Origin: Takakia lepidozioides
Lineage: Eukaryota; Plantae; Bryophyta
DNA: 64,000 nt
Direction: 5' to 3'
Assembly (NCBI GenBank): GCA_030704615.1
Contig: CM060731.1
Coordinates: 79,112,001-79,176,000, forward strand
Positions 49,940-62,859 of this stretch are shown here, piece after piece. A model generated the notes under the pieces. That model was not told where the DNA came from. It worked only from the letters and a program-made list of their open reading frames with translations, and ran no database searches. Every line of letters starts with the position of its first letter. The stretch's first letter is position 1. The position numbers were made by a program, and so were the translations under genes.

Positions 49940-52900
49940 TCTTGACAATGGGAGGCTTCACCCTCTGCCCCCTATTGCTACTAGTTCTATAATACCACCT
50001 CCTCGCCGCTCCAAACACAATGCATGTCTGGAGACCTGCCAAATGGATTATGGTCAGCCTTAGCAATCCCTAACTGCCCTGTTCAGGCAAACAGAAACTG
50101 AGACAATGAGCAATTTTTAAGTGAAGACAAGGACCATTCTTCATGTACATAGACAAGCATCCATGACATACAGCTGCCTGAAGGAATAGGAACAAAGAGG
50201 GGCAGTGGACATCGGCAATCTACTGCTAGCCTAACTCTAAATGAGTGGAGAAGAGAGAGCTTTTCTTAGTAGTTGCTGAGATTGACCAATGGGTTTCTGC
50301 CTCTAGTCTGTGATAGTTTGGTAGTTTGATCGAAGAAACATCGAGATGTTTAATATAGTACATCCAGTATCCCTAGCCAGTTCAACTAGACTATGTACAG
50401 CAATCTTCTGGTACTCATCTCCTTCGCTTGAATGGCATAATTGTTCATGCCAGTTGTGTTCAGGAAGTCTTCTGTGCCTTCATTAACTGATCATAACCTC
50501 CACCACTGTTACTGTCCTGGTTCCCCTGGTTCTTGCGATCCTGCTTTTCTCAGTGTGGTGGCAGACCCCAGGCCCATTTTGGACAGACAAAAGGAAGAGG
50601 GCGAATTTGTAGTGCTGAAGTAACATCCAAACACTTCTGTAAGCCTTTTCATGGAAAGAATGCACCTCCATCACGGGCGTGTCTACTCCAATGGCTTGAG
50701 TGCATGACTAGTTGTTGAACCCTGTGGCAGAGGCAAGAGAAGGTATCTGTCATTCACTTTGCTGAAAATTCTTGGCTTTGTGGTTTGTTCTCGGAATTGT
50801 AGGGAGGCATATCTAACAGGGAACCGATTGTGCTGAAAATTATGTTCAAGCCTACATCAACTGTCATTGTACATTCTCATACTTGTGTACCCAAGCTCCA
50901 TGGTGATCATAGAAACCAACCTCATCTAACCTTTCATTGTGTTCAATAAGCTGACCTAATGCACGGTGCCTTGATGTAGTTTCCTTTCAGGTACAAGCAC
51001 ACACATGGGCTAAGAGGAAAACCAGCTCATCGCTACGGCTCCACTCAATGTATGCTGCATTCAAGCATTTTCGTTGTTGTTCCACATGTCTTTTGTCCTT
51101 CCTTCAGTAGAGATGGCAAGGGTACTACACATAGTATCTCAATGGTTCAAAGCTCCTTGGTGAATTGCTAATGAGACATTGTGGAAGTGTGAAAGAAGTG
51201 TTGGACAGAATGACTAAACGAGATGTAGTTGGATAGAGTGCAATGATGCCAGTATACAAATGTTGGGTACTGGTTAGGAGGGTTTCAAGAGTTATGAGCA
51301 CACAAAGGGACAACCAACTTCATCACATCAATATGCATGCTGCATATTCTAATCTTGCCCCGTCACAACTTTTGAAAAATTAATCTCTTTCAAAGTAAAC
51401 ACGGGCACACATGGCTCATGGGAGCCCAACAAGGGAAGGGAAAGAAGAAGCCATACAAGTCTCCCGGTCTCTTGCACTATGATGGAATTGGAACATGTTC
51501 CAAAACAAAAGAACAGCTTGTCTAGACTTTTGCACCAAAACTAAGACCGCCAACCAAACCCACAGTGTACAGGTGTCGCATGGTCCCTCTTCGTAATTCA
51601 GGTGGAAATCCAGTGGACGTCCATGTGTGTTGCTTCATGTCATACATCACAATTACTTCATTGGGTGTGGTCCACAATAAGAGATTGTCATGGCTCACCA
51701 CTTGAACAGAGTCCATGTTGTCGAATCTAGTTCCTGGAATCTCAGTTCTTGCTATCTCCAGCCACTCTGCACTCGTTGCAGAACCTTTCAACTCCCACAC
51801 ACAAATTGTTGGTGAGACGTGCATTTGATCGCGAGGCGGCCCAACCATCCACAGGCGCCCCTCACTCTCTACAAGTCGACAATTCCAACCACGTCCACCA
51901 AAGTCGTCAGGCATCCGTGCAGCAACTTTAGTCCACACACCCGTGCCAATGTCACAAGCCATCACAATGTTGTCTTTCTCATTCTCAAGTATGTAAAATA
52001 GAGCAAAGAGAGTAGGGCCGCATATCACACTTCCTGTACAATCCTGCAAGGTTATTGAGGGCATGTTTCCAGTCTCGGTCCAACACTCGCATGTTGAGTC
52101 ATAGATGTGCGTTCTCCAACGTAGTCGTGGTTCGGCGTAATTGTATGACATCACAAGGACCTTGTAGGTGTTCCTGCATCTATCCACAATCATATTTACT
52201 CTGTTGACGTAGAGAGGTTCTGAATTGTCGTGAGGCCGGGCAGGCAATTGTGTGGAAGTGTTCAACAGAGGATTGTACACAATCAATAAGTCCTTGTCCA
52301 TCAACATGCAAAATAAGCCTCCGTCTGCAGCACAAACTCCGTATATGGAATTATCCTTGGGGGGTTTGAGGTCGATCTTGTGCCACCGTCGAGTTGTGGG
52401 CGCATACCACATACAACAATCGTGGTAGTATCCATCCGGGAAATACAAGCATCTGCCTAAAGACAAGAGATAGGAGTGTTGGTGAAGAGGGAGGTGCTGA
52501 CAGAGTTGTTGGAACCAAGCAGTGGATGGGAGGGAGTTCCACAACTTGCACACCGACTTAAAGCGGGCAAGACTTGGATATGGCAAACAGGCCAACACTA
52601 CCATCACTAACTCGAAAGGAAGCCTGCTCCAAATCTCCTCCTCCATATTGACCACCCACAAAACCTCTCTAATGTGTTCTTGTGATCGTAACACGGAGCT
52701 TGGGACAAGAGACGTGTAGGGTAAGGTATGAACCAGTGAAGCACCGCAAGTGTTCCTTGGCCCGAGTGAAGAATTTTCAAAAGAAAAGGAGTGAGCTTAC
52801 ATCTCATAAGCATTTACGAAGGGAAAGAAAGAGTCAGCCTATCAGAATTCATACCCATGAGCCCGACTATTGTTGGTATCATTTCTGTGCTATCAAAAGA

Positions 52901-54516
52901 AAGCCTCGCTCTTGCTTTTGCTATTCTGGTACTTGAACCTTCTTTGCTCGCCATCCACTTCCCTTTAACTATTTCCAGCCCTGCTTTTTGTTTGGTGGTC
53001 TGCACATAGAAACCCTAAAAATCCTTTAAAAATCCTTCCATGTGCGAGAAATCGGGGAGGGAGATGGCAGAGTGCAAGCTGGATGCGCCGCTCTTGTGAC
53101 TACTCCTTTCTTGGTCGGTCTTCAACAGTATCAAGGGATGGAAAAGGGGCTGCTCATGTTGCAGACACATTTCGTTTTCAGTGCTGGTTGTCCACAAGGC
53201 GCTGCCAGCGCAGGCACGGGAAAGCCTAGTATCACGAACTCTCCATCCAGAGCTGTCTACAACTACTCGGGTTCAAAGCATGTGGCGGTATTATCCACTA
53301 TAACTGAATTCAAGCCTAGAAAAGTTGAGTTCAAAGAGGGATTGTGCACACCGAGGACCTTGAGAAAAGATGCCAGTGCAAAAGCGGAATCAAATAGTGC
53401 AGCTCCTCTGTTGCTCTGTTTTATGCCACAGCTGAGGAGGTACCCTGTGCTTTACTTGCTTGATTCATGTGCAATGTAATGGATAACCTGTAAGTATTTA
53501 GTGTCCTGCAACTAATATACATGCACATTCTGCACACATAGCCAAAACTCCATTCTTGATTACATATATGTTGCATTGAAGGAATCAAAACTTTTTTTTT
53601 TTTAACTGTCTCCTGTTTTTCTCCTGTAGTATAAACTTCGTTTCACTCTGACTCATAGCGTATGTTCGTTAACACTCACCACCAAAGAGTAGGGGATACT
53701 CAGAGGAGGCTGCAAAAGAGAAATTTGGGGCGCTGAGCTGTTTGTCACAAAGATGTCACTGCCCAATGACATGAACTCTGCTGTGACTGCCAACTGACGG
53801 GTCACTTGAGGAAGAGAGCAAAGAGTAACTACCTGTAACAAATTAGAGAACAATTCTGGTCAGACTGATGAGTTAAGACACCAGCCTGATCCTTGAACAT
53901 GTTTGGATACAGCTCATCTATCACTCCTGTTGCCTTTACCAAAACACATTACTCATAAGGTAACAAACATATTGGGCATACCTCCACCTACATCAGTGGG
54001 ATGGAGGAGGAGAGCAAGAAGCACTTTTGTGAAGATCTCCTCTCCAGATACACTCCTGCACCAGCCAGACAAAGCTGAGACATTATAATCTCTGCAGGAA
54101 GATTAAGAATTTCTTAAGTAACTGTGCTTGTGGGTCCTTAGGGACCCACGTCAAAAGGAACAGACAGAAGTGAAGAGGGTGTGCTCATTTCCCCTGAGTG
54201 GAAGGCAGGACATGTGCAGAGAAGCACAAGCAGGAAGGAGAGAAAGAGTACCATGCCTGGCACGTTAGTTGTCTTGAAAGCACATTGGGGACATGTGAAT
54301 GTCAATTGGCGTGTGCAACTTCTCTGCTGGAGCTCCTGTTACAAAGAGAGATCACGGCTCAGAAATAGGAACGTTTCTGATCCCAGAAAATGTGGTGTGT
54401 AGATCGCATCCCAAATATCATGAGAAATATTTCAACTCTGAAATGCCTTGTAAACAAGCATGCAAATGAGCAATACTATGATGTTCCAGCCTTAGTGACT
54501 TGGCACCCTTTGCCAT
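49940..54516. repeat. Segmental duplication copy 2 (F-box cassette), ending at a gypsy LTR insertion
   Basis: Colinear with 17091-22367 minus the MITE. The last ~0.5 kb is closer to 13980-14528. Confidence 0.93.
51522..52646 (-). CDS. F-box protein with kelch/FBA-like C-terminal domain, intronless (paralogue 2)
   Basis: Open ORF closely paralogous to 19443-20546. Likely ATG at 52646 (MEEEIWSRLP). Confidence 0.9.
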   Translation of the reverse strand: MEEEIWSRLPFELVMVVLACLPYPSLARFKSVCKLWNSLPSTAWFQQLCQHLPLHQHSYLLSLGRCLYFPDGYYHDCCMWYAPTTRRWHKIDLKPPKDNSIYGVCAADGGLFCMLMDKDLLIVYNPLLNTSTQLPARPHDNSEPLYVNRVNMIVDRCRNTYKVLVMSYNYAEPRLRWRTHIYDSTCECWTETGNMPSITLQDCTGSVICGPTLFALFYILENEKDNIVMACDIGTGVWTKVAARMPDDFGGRGWNCRLVESEGRLWMVGPPRDQMHVSPTICVWELKGSATSAEWLEIARTEIPGTRFDNMDSVQVVSHDNLLLWTTPNEVIVMYDMKQHTWTSTGFPPELRRGTMRHLYTVGLVGGLSFGAKV

Positions 54517-55550
54517 TGGATTTAAGAAAATTAATAATTTTATTTTAAAATGCAGATAAGATTTCATAATTTAATATTCATTCTTACATGTAATATGTAT
54601 ATAGAGAGAGAGAGGACTCCGGCCAAAGCCGGCGTAACTAAGAGCCACTTTGCCTTACGGCTACTGCCCCCTTTCGGGAGTGGGCCCTATAGAAAGAAAA
54701 TGTGTCTAGGGACCCCGGGTAACCAGGAGGAGGTAGTAAATAGGGTATCGGTGCCTAAGGGTAGGGTACCCAGGAGTACCTTGGGATGCCGCATAGGGGT
54801 TGGACTCGAGTTGTCGCTTATTGGTAATGATGGCAGTGAGGGAGCGGATCGCAATGAGGTGGATGGCTTTAAAGCATTTGTGGATCGGGGGATAGGGATT
54901 TTAAGATTGTCATGTAGCGCGTTTATACTGGCGGTATGAATCCCACCTCTAGTACCGGCTGCGATAACTGATAGGGGGCCGGTGCGCCACCCACGCTAGC
55001 GGATGGCAAGGATGAGGGGGGCATATTTTTGTCGTTTCTCTAGGGTGGGGGGGGCGATACAATATGTGAATTCAACGAAATGAATGGTTAATTCTGGGGA
55101 AGGGGAAGTGGATAGGGGTCCATTGATGGGTAAGCCTTGGACAAGAAGGATATCCGGGTAGAGCTGAGAATGATAAGTACAGTGTCGCGCACCTTACTTC
55201 GGCAAGCTCCCCTTCAAGTCATAGTTACTCTCGGTAGCGCAGTTATAGTATGCGCACGCGCCAGGTACGCACTAGCACGTGAACTCCCAAAGAATGCGCA
55301 AGTTTCCTTGCTCCTTGGATGGGAGTCACTCAATTTCGGCACTACACAAACACACAATTAATCCAATTTACCTCTCCCACTTTTATAAGCTAGCATGCAT
55401 TCTACACACTAGCCAAACAAACCATGCATCACCATTCCAAACAAAATAGGACGCACAACCTTTGGAAACCATTTCATTTATAACAAAATTTGTACAATAC
55501 AAGTTTTTGCAATCGGATTCCTGAGCTAGTTAAGCCGGGCTAAGCATGCA
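54517..55550 (-). repeat. Putative 3' LTR (~1034 bp) of the chromovirus
   Basis: Minus-strand PPT GGGGGAGGAAA (55551-55561) is immediately followed by TGCATG. The other end ..AATCCA falls exactly where homology to the duplicated host module stops (54516/54517). The partner LTR is not in the window. Confidence 0.7.
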
Positions 55551-57153
55551 TTTCCTCCCCCATGCTCCAAGGTTGATGTCCCCATCAACGCTTCTTTCGC
55601 TTGTAAGGTCGCCCTTCGAAAGCTGCAACCGCCTCGGATGCGTTTCCCATTTCTGAGGCACGCACCCAAGATGCCTCTACATGATGATAGCCCTTCCATT
55701 TCACGAGATACTCCGTTTCTCGATTCTTGAACCTCCTCGACTTAAGCACTGCCTCCACCTCGTACTCAGGTTCATTTTCATGGTCCAACAGCATAGGTGG
55801 CGGACGCAACACTTGCTACTGATTCGGACGCGCTTCATCTTTGAAGTAAGGCTTCAAAAGGGAGACGTGGAATACCGGATGCACCTTGTTGTTTGCCGGC
55901 AGCTCCAATTCATACACGTCCTCATTCATAACCTACCGGATGCGAAAGGACCCCGCATACGGAGGTACGAACTTCGGACTCACTTCCGGAGGTAGTCGAA
56001 AATTCTTGATGTTCAACCAGACCTCCGTGCCTGCCTCAAACTTAACTTCCATCCGCTTCCGATCCGCCTGCCGTTCATACCATTTTCTGGCTTTGGCAAT
56101 GTTGTACTTTGCGAGCTTCAATAAATGCTCGCGTTCTTCCAGCACCGCTGCTGCTGCCGGTTCCTCAACGTCTTGGGCGGCCCAACTTGTCAGCACCAGA
56201 GGTACTTCTCCATAGACCAATACGAAAGGAGAAACTCCCGTTGCGGAGTGTTTTGTGTTATTATAACAGAACTCTGCCGCATCCAAGTGCTCCACCCAGT
56301 CCGATTGGTTTGCCGACACGTAATTCCGCAAGATCTGCTTCACTACGGAATTCACCCTTTCCATTTGGTCATCCGTCGTAGGTCGGAAAGCGGTGCTCAT
56401 CTTGAGCCTCGTCCCCATTTTCTTCCAAAGTGCCCTCCAAAATTTACTCGTAAACTTTGGATCGCGGTCCGAGACAATATCCTTCGAAAATCCATGATGC
56501 TTGAAGACGTGGGCGAAGTAAAGTCGCCCCGTCTCCTGCGCCGTTACTGTCTCCTTGGTGGGGATGAAATGGCCCATTTTACTGAACCTATCCACCACCA
56601 CCATGATCGCATCGAATCTTTTTGACAGTGGCATAGCAGTCATGAAATCCATCGAGACACTTTCCCAAGACCCCTCTGGAATCGGCAAGGGTTGTAACAG
56701 CCCGCTTGCTTTTTGCACTCGCTCCGGTTTTGTTGGCATGTGGTGCATGTCTTGACATACTCCTCGGCCTCCTCCCTCAGTTTAGGCCAGAAATACTTTT
56801 TCTTCAAAAGTGTCGCGGTGCGTTTGGCTCCGCCGTGGCCCGCAACTGGGCCATCATGGCATTCTCTCAAGAGACTATCTCTTGTCCCTCCCTTTGGTAC
56901 GTAGAGACGCTTTTGCTTATACCGAAGCAGTCCATTTTGCAAGTGAAACTGCGATTTAACCCCCATCCTCAAGTCCCGCATCACGGACTTCACCATCGCA
57001 TCCTTCTCGTAAGCCTTCCGGATCTTCTTTTGGAGCGCCGTCTTGCCCTTGTACACCAACATGAGCTGCTGCTTTCTACTTAAAGCATCGGCCACCACAT
57101 TGTCTCGTCCCGGTTTGTACTGGATATCCACGTTGGACAGTGGCAAAGTGTCT
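54517..57153 (-). mobile_element. Ty3/gypsy chromovirus 3' part: integrase, chromodomain and 3' LTR; interrupted at 57153/57154 by a nested element
   Basis: IQYKPGRDNVVADALSRK (RNaseH end), Zn-binding H..GH..YFWP..CTTC, a frameshift, the rve core (VSMDF, DRDPKF, QMERVN), HPVFHVSLLKPY and chromodomain EYEVEAVL..YLVKWKGY..SW (55585-55812). Two in-frame stops lie near the end. Confidence 0.92.
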
Positions 57154-57696
57154 TGTCACCTAATTTGTTTTGGGGATGTCGTGCACCTAAGCATCGTGCC
57201 ACAACATACATCGTTGTCCAACCACACTTCCTGCATATAGTCCTAGAAAGCCACGCCACAATGATACAGAAATGGTGAAAAGAGGAGAAACCACTCTATC
57301 ACGTTATATAAGTCAAGCCAATGGCACCTTTGCTAAAGGACTCCACCATACAGACCTCACCCACTCTTCATCTCAAGTACTAGAGCTATGGCGGCGAGAG
57401 GGGCCTCGGGAGGCTCGACTAGAAGAAGACGAGCGTGCCTACGTCTCACGTGGAGATAACCTCCCCACGTCCCAAGTGAGGTTCGCCACCTCACTTGGTA
57501 CATGGAACCAAATGAAGTCCCAATGCCAACAAAATACAAATATAAATGTATAATGTCCTAATTAGTTAGAAATAACTATTTCTAACTAATCACAAATAAA
57601 ACCATGACAGCTGTCGTGCACCTAAGCATCGTGCCACAACATACATCGTTGTCCAACCACACTTCCTAGCATATAGTCCTAGAAAGCCACGCCACA
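57154..57696 (-). repeat. 3' LTR region of the MTase-gypsy element, containing an ~85-bp direct repeat (57177-57260 and 57612-57696)
   Basis: Minus-strand AGGGGGG-CAAT precedes TGTGGCG at 57696. The left end reads TGTCAC at 57154, abutting host integrase sequence. The ~85-bp unit itself has TG..CA termini. Confidence 0.7.
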
Positions 57697-57953
57697 ATTG
57701 CCCCCCTAGCTGGTGATTAGGTCCCTCTAACACCGGATAGCTTACAAGTATCCACCCCAATAAGATCATCGTTTGGTCTTCAATCACACAAGTCCCAATA
57801 CCTGAAGTCGATAGATCAAGAGGCCCGGTGCAAACGTAGCCCCATCGTTAGTCGCCTTCATACAATCCATGATGTTCAGTTGAGTATCCATGGCATTGAA
57901 GCCCCACTAGCTAGACCTTGGATCACTTGTCCGCCTCACCATTGTCATGCCCA

Positions 57954-58271
57954 TTACCTCTGTCCAAGGCATCGTGGACACAACCATTCTCCGATAGGAA
58001 CCTCCTCAAGTGGCGGTGTTAAGCATCCCATGTGCCACCCCCTTAAGCATTTGTCACACACCAACATGGTTGCGGCGCCACCAGCATGCCCACATAGCAT
58101 GCAACGCAACCCTGCAGGTACCACTGCAAGGTTGGAATCTATCCTCCCATCCACATGTGGAAGGTGACATGGCGCACAATTGCGCACATGGTCCTTCCAT
58201 ACCATGCCATCTCGACCCTCCAGAATCAACACTCCTGAAGGCAATACCTCCCTGACCCTTAGAATCAGACG
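57954..58271 (-). pseudogene. Integrase C-terminus with PHD finger (C4HC3)
   Basis: CMLC..MLVCDKCLRGWHMGCLTPPLEEVPIGEWLCPRC. It is in frame with integrase ORF 58272-59801 across a single TGA. Confidence 0.92.
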
Positions 58272-61069
58272 TCATGCTGTGACATCCAAGGTCGTAGGCG
58301 ATGTCTGCTGCAGATACACATAGTCCCCAGGGTGGAAACGCTGAACACTAGGCCGATATCCCCCTCCACGTATAGTGGCGTACCTCAATGTGTCTCGGTG
58401 TTGGGCAATAGCAAGGTTCTCAAAAGCCATAGGCATGACTCTCTTGAACAACTCTGCCCGCTGGGCACATGCTTGTATCCACACATCCGGATCATCAAGG
58501 TTGAGAACTATTGTCGCCTCCCTGCGAATAGATGCAGGCAAATCCGGCTCTCGGCCGAAGAGAAGAAAGTAAGGTGAGAAGGAGGCAAGTGAAGCTTGTT
58601 TGTTGAACCTATAGCCCATAGCTAGCCAAGGCAGTTGAAGGTCCCAATCTCCTAGGTGTCCCTTCTGCAAACCGTACTTGCGCAAACCTCTCTTGACTGT
58701 CCGAACAACTCTCTCCGCCAAGCCATCAGCCTCAGGATGATCCCGAGAAGTAGTGCGGTGATCTATCAAGGCTTGCTCATACAAAGCCTGAAACTCCCCC
58801 AAGAACTCTTTCCCCTGGTCCATGAGTACCTCGGCTGGAGCACCAAAATGGCTAAGCACTCGATCTAAGAATGTATACGCAGCCCCCTCACTTGCCTTGT
58901 CAGGCAATACCACCAGTTCAATCCATTTGGAGAAGTGTTCCACCATCACCAGCACATACTTGTTGTGGCGAATCGTCAATGGCAATGGGCCTGCGAAGTC
59001 AAGACTCCAACGATAGCCCAAACCCATAATGGATAAAGGATGCAATTGTGGAGTAGGAGCGTTGAAAGAAGCCCGCACTCTATCACACAACATGCACCTT
59101 GCCACTAAATGTTGCACATCCGTGTGCATGCCCCGCCACCAATACTGCCTTTGCAGCAAACTATGAGTGCGCCGCACCCCAAAATGTCCCAACTCATCAT
59201 GGGCATGGCGTACCAATCGCACTCGTTGTGTTGGATGAGGCACAATCCTCACTCGTCCATCCTCCCATACCCGGAGTAGATGAGTCCCATCCCACTTGAA
59301 CCTCTTGGCTCGTTGTAGGACCCGATCTCTCTCCTTAGCAGTCACACTGGCTGCTGTCTCTCCGGTACGAAGGTATGCCAACACTGCTGCATCTTCATGC
59401 ACATCCTTAGCACCACCAAACTCTTCACTAGTCTCTGGATCGTCATGCACGCTATCTACATGACCAATTGCATGGGATGGACCAGCTTGAGCTCCCATTG
59501 TTAGAATGCACAAAAAGACCGATGCATGCCATCCTGGCACCATCTCCTGATTTGTCTCACCATGCCACCGAGCTCCAGTATCATCATGCTCGCTCGTGCA
59601 TGGATTATGACTCAATCCATCTGCATCCCGATTGACAATACCGGCTCGATGCACCACCTGGAAGTCGTACTCTTGAAGCATAAGTGCCCACCGTGCAAGC
59701 TTCTCTGTAAGCTTGTCTGACTCCATCAACCACTTCAATGGTTGGTGATTCGTGACAAGGGTGAAGAGATTGCCATAGAGGTAGCATCTGAAATGTGCCA
59801 CTTCCCATACTGCAGCTAGACACTCCCCTTCATAGGAACTATACTTCGCCTGGCATCATTGTTCGAGCGGCTAGCATATGCCACTACGAACTCCCTTCCA
59901 TCATCATCCACCTGTGTGAGCACTGCTCCAATCCCCAGCATACTCCAATCCGTATGTAGCTGGAAAGACCGCCCCCGAATAGGCTGCCTCAGAATAGGTG
60001 CAGAAGTCAATCGAGCCTTGAGTTTATCAAATGCTTCCTCCTGCTCCTCCTCCCATTGCCACTCCTGACCCACCTTGGTCAACTTGGTAAGAGCCTTTGC
60101 AATGCTGCTAAATCCCTTGACAAACCGTCGATAGTAGTTTGTCAATCCCATGAAAGCACGAACTCTGCTCACATCCATGGGGCGTGGAATGCATGCAATG
60201 GCCTCCACCTTTGTCTGTTGAACACCCAATCCTCCAGGGTATATCATGTGGCCCAGATACTCAATCTGATTGTGGAAGAACTTGCACTTTCCGGGGTGCA
60301 CTTTCAACCCGTGCGCTCTCAAGCGCTCAAACACCACCTGAAGGTGTCTCTCATGCTCCTCAACCGTAGCACTAAAGACAATGATGTCATCAATATAGCA
60401 CCGGGCAAAGTCTAGCCCCACGAGAATCTTATCTATGACCCTCTTAAACTCTGTAGGAGCATTCTTCAACCCAAACGGTAAGAACCGCCATTGGTACAAA
60501 CAATCCTTCTCGTGTTGGTCAATCCCCCAAAATGTTGTCTTTTGTTTGTCAGCCTCTTTGATTGGCAACTGGTGGTAACCGGATCGCAAGTCCAATGTGC
60601 TAAACACCTTTGCATGCCCAATGGCATCAAAGATCTCCTCTGGAGTTGGCATGGCATATCTATCGGACTTAGTCTGACGGTTCACTGGACGATAGTCCCC
60701 ACACATCCTTCTTTTTGTCCAATTGCCATAGATATCCTTCTTAGCCGAGGCATACTCCCCGCATGACAACTCCACCAATCCAGCTTCAAACAACTCCATA
60801 GTCCGTGACTGGATCAATGACCTCTCCATGTCACTATACCGGTAGGGCCTTCGAAAGATTGGCGTGTCACTTGCCAAAGCAATACGAATCTCCTGACCCT
60901 TCAAACTCCCCAAATCCTTCAATCCGAAGGCAAAGCAATTCCTATAAGCCCTTAGAAATCGTTGGATCCTCCGTCTCTCTCCTCCGGTGACTGTAGGTCC
61001 AAAATCTGGTTCCCAATTGTTCTCAGTGACTGCAACCTTGGGTACACTAGGCTTGGAGGTAGAAGACAA
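58272..61069 (-). pseudogene. Gypsy RT-RNaseH-integrase
   Basis: ORFs 59816-61069 (RT and RNaseH start) and 58272-59801 (RNaseH end, Zn finger, rve), joined by one frameshift near 59850. Confidence 0.95.
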
Positions 61070-61479
61070 ATCCTTTGGTTGCTAGATAGCAACCTCTTGG
61101 GCCTTGTCCGCCCAATCTGACTGTGGCGTAGCCTCCACTTGCTCCGCCATAGCCACCTTGAGAACATCCTCTGAGCAAGAAACATCCTCAACCTCTTCAA
61201 AAACCTTGGTCACCTTGGCCTCCAACTGATCCTCAGTCCATGGCTCTCCCCACTCCTCATACTGCTGCTTGAGAGATCCAATGACTCTCTCTTTGCGCAT
61301 CTCATCCCACATCTCCCATGGGTGTTTGCAACCCACGATCTTGTGCTCGCCCCACTCACTGCCTCAACCGTCCCGGTTGGCAGGGAGGATGCACTATCCA
61401 ATGGGAGTGCAGAAGTAGCCATCAATGCTTGCAATCTCCGTTGCTCAGCCATGCACAAGCCAATGACCCATGTCAAGCA

Positions 61480-62400
61480 ATTTATATCCATTGTTTGACC
61501 CAACACTTGGCGGCGTGATGTCTCTGACAGAGCTAACACATCTGTAGTGCCGGTGGCAAATCCCATTGCCCGCTCTCGCTCATCCGCATTGGGCTCCACC
61601 AATTGTTGTAGCACACTGTCCCAAATCAATCCAGGACCATTGTCTCAAAAAACATGAGACGAGGGAAAGCTCATGAGCATAGGCAAAGCCGAACGTGGCT
61701 GCCCCACTCGATTGACCACTGCTAGAGGTGGACGGTCATCATGTCGCACCCTCTGTGGTTGTCTCCCTTGGTCCAAAATGCCCTCAACCGTGAGATTGGG
61801 TGGCCAATGAATGGAATCGTATGCTCTCTTGAGCAGCTCCGGTGGTGCAAGATTGGTCCACCACAATCGAGGTCGATGCGCGCGTGATCCCACCGCTGCT
61901 GCATCCAATAGCACCGCCGATCCAATCCAAGACCGCACCTGATGCACACTGGCCATAACCTTGGCCCGAGAATCCCCCATAAGAGAAACATTCTCCAAGA
62001 TATAGCCTAGAGGTTGCACTTGCCTCGTCTGCAAGTCCCGCAACACTCGCAACATCTCCCAAAACAAATGCGATCGTGCATCATGCAAGCCATTCCCATG
62101 ACCTGCGAGAGAGTGTCCTTGGCAAGGCCATCTGGTTATCACCAAGTCAATGGAACCATGCCGCTGCAAATCATCCGCCCCCAGCAAGGTAATGTCTGCT
62201 GGCAAGGCCTTTTGATACCCTTGAACTGCTGAAAGAGGCAACAACTCAGGACCGGTGTGTGAGCAAGGTAATGTGGCGCATGGAAATACGCCGAGCAATC
62301 TCATCCTTCTCCACATACAAGTACTTGCGTACTTTAATCCCTGCTTGCAACACTTCTGCAAGCCCAGTCTCATGCCTCCAAACAGGTCTAGCAAACAAAT
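61480..62400 (-). pseudogene. C5 cytosine DNA methyltransferase domain (DNMT3/DRM-like motifs) within the retrotransposon polyprotein
   Basis: Motif I LLDLFGG(MSTGL), motif II YLYVEKD (recovered by correcting two compensating frameshifts at ~62368 and ~62250), IV DLVITRWPCQGHSLAG, V RSHLFWE, VI YILENV, VIII AHRPRLWWTNL, IX ERERAMGF and X RQVLGQTM, in canonical order. Confidence 0.92.
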
Positions 62401-62859
62401 CCCTGAGTCAGGTGGTTGCCAGGTAATGGGCACTGTGTCCAAATGAGCTAACTCAGGAGGTCCAGGTGATGTCACTGAACTCCTCTCACTCACCAATGGA
62501 ACGGCCTCCCGCCATGCTTGGTGCACACAAACGCCTGCTACTCGATGCAAATTCCCAACCGTACCCCACAGTGGAATATGCACAGGCACATGAGGAAGCA
62601 AATCAGCCTTGTATGCCAATTGTTTGTCCTCATCAGGTGATGGCCTATCATCTGCATGGCTATTGCCCTCCAAGAGCTCACCACCCCAAGCCACCACCCC
62701 TGAGAATGCAGCCAATGTGGGCATCATGTTCCTATGATCCACCGCTACATTCCCAATAAACCGCACTGGGAGCAGTGCACGTCGGCCATCTCCTGACTGC
62801 CATTCCGGCCTGTAGGATGTCGTTTCCTCCCAAAAGTCCAGAGTGAATCCCATGGGGTA

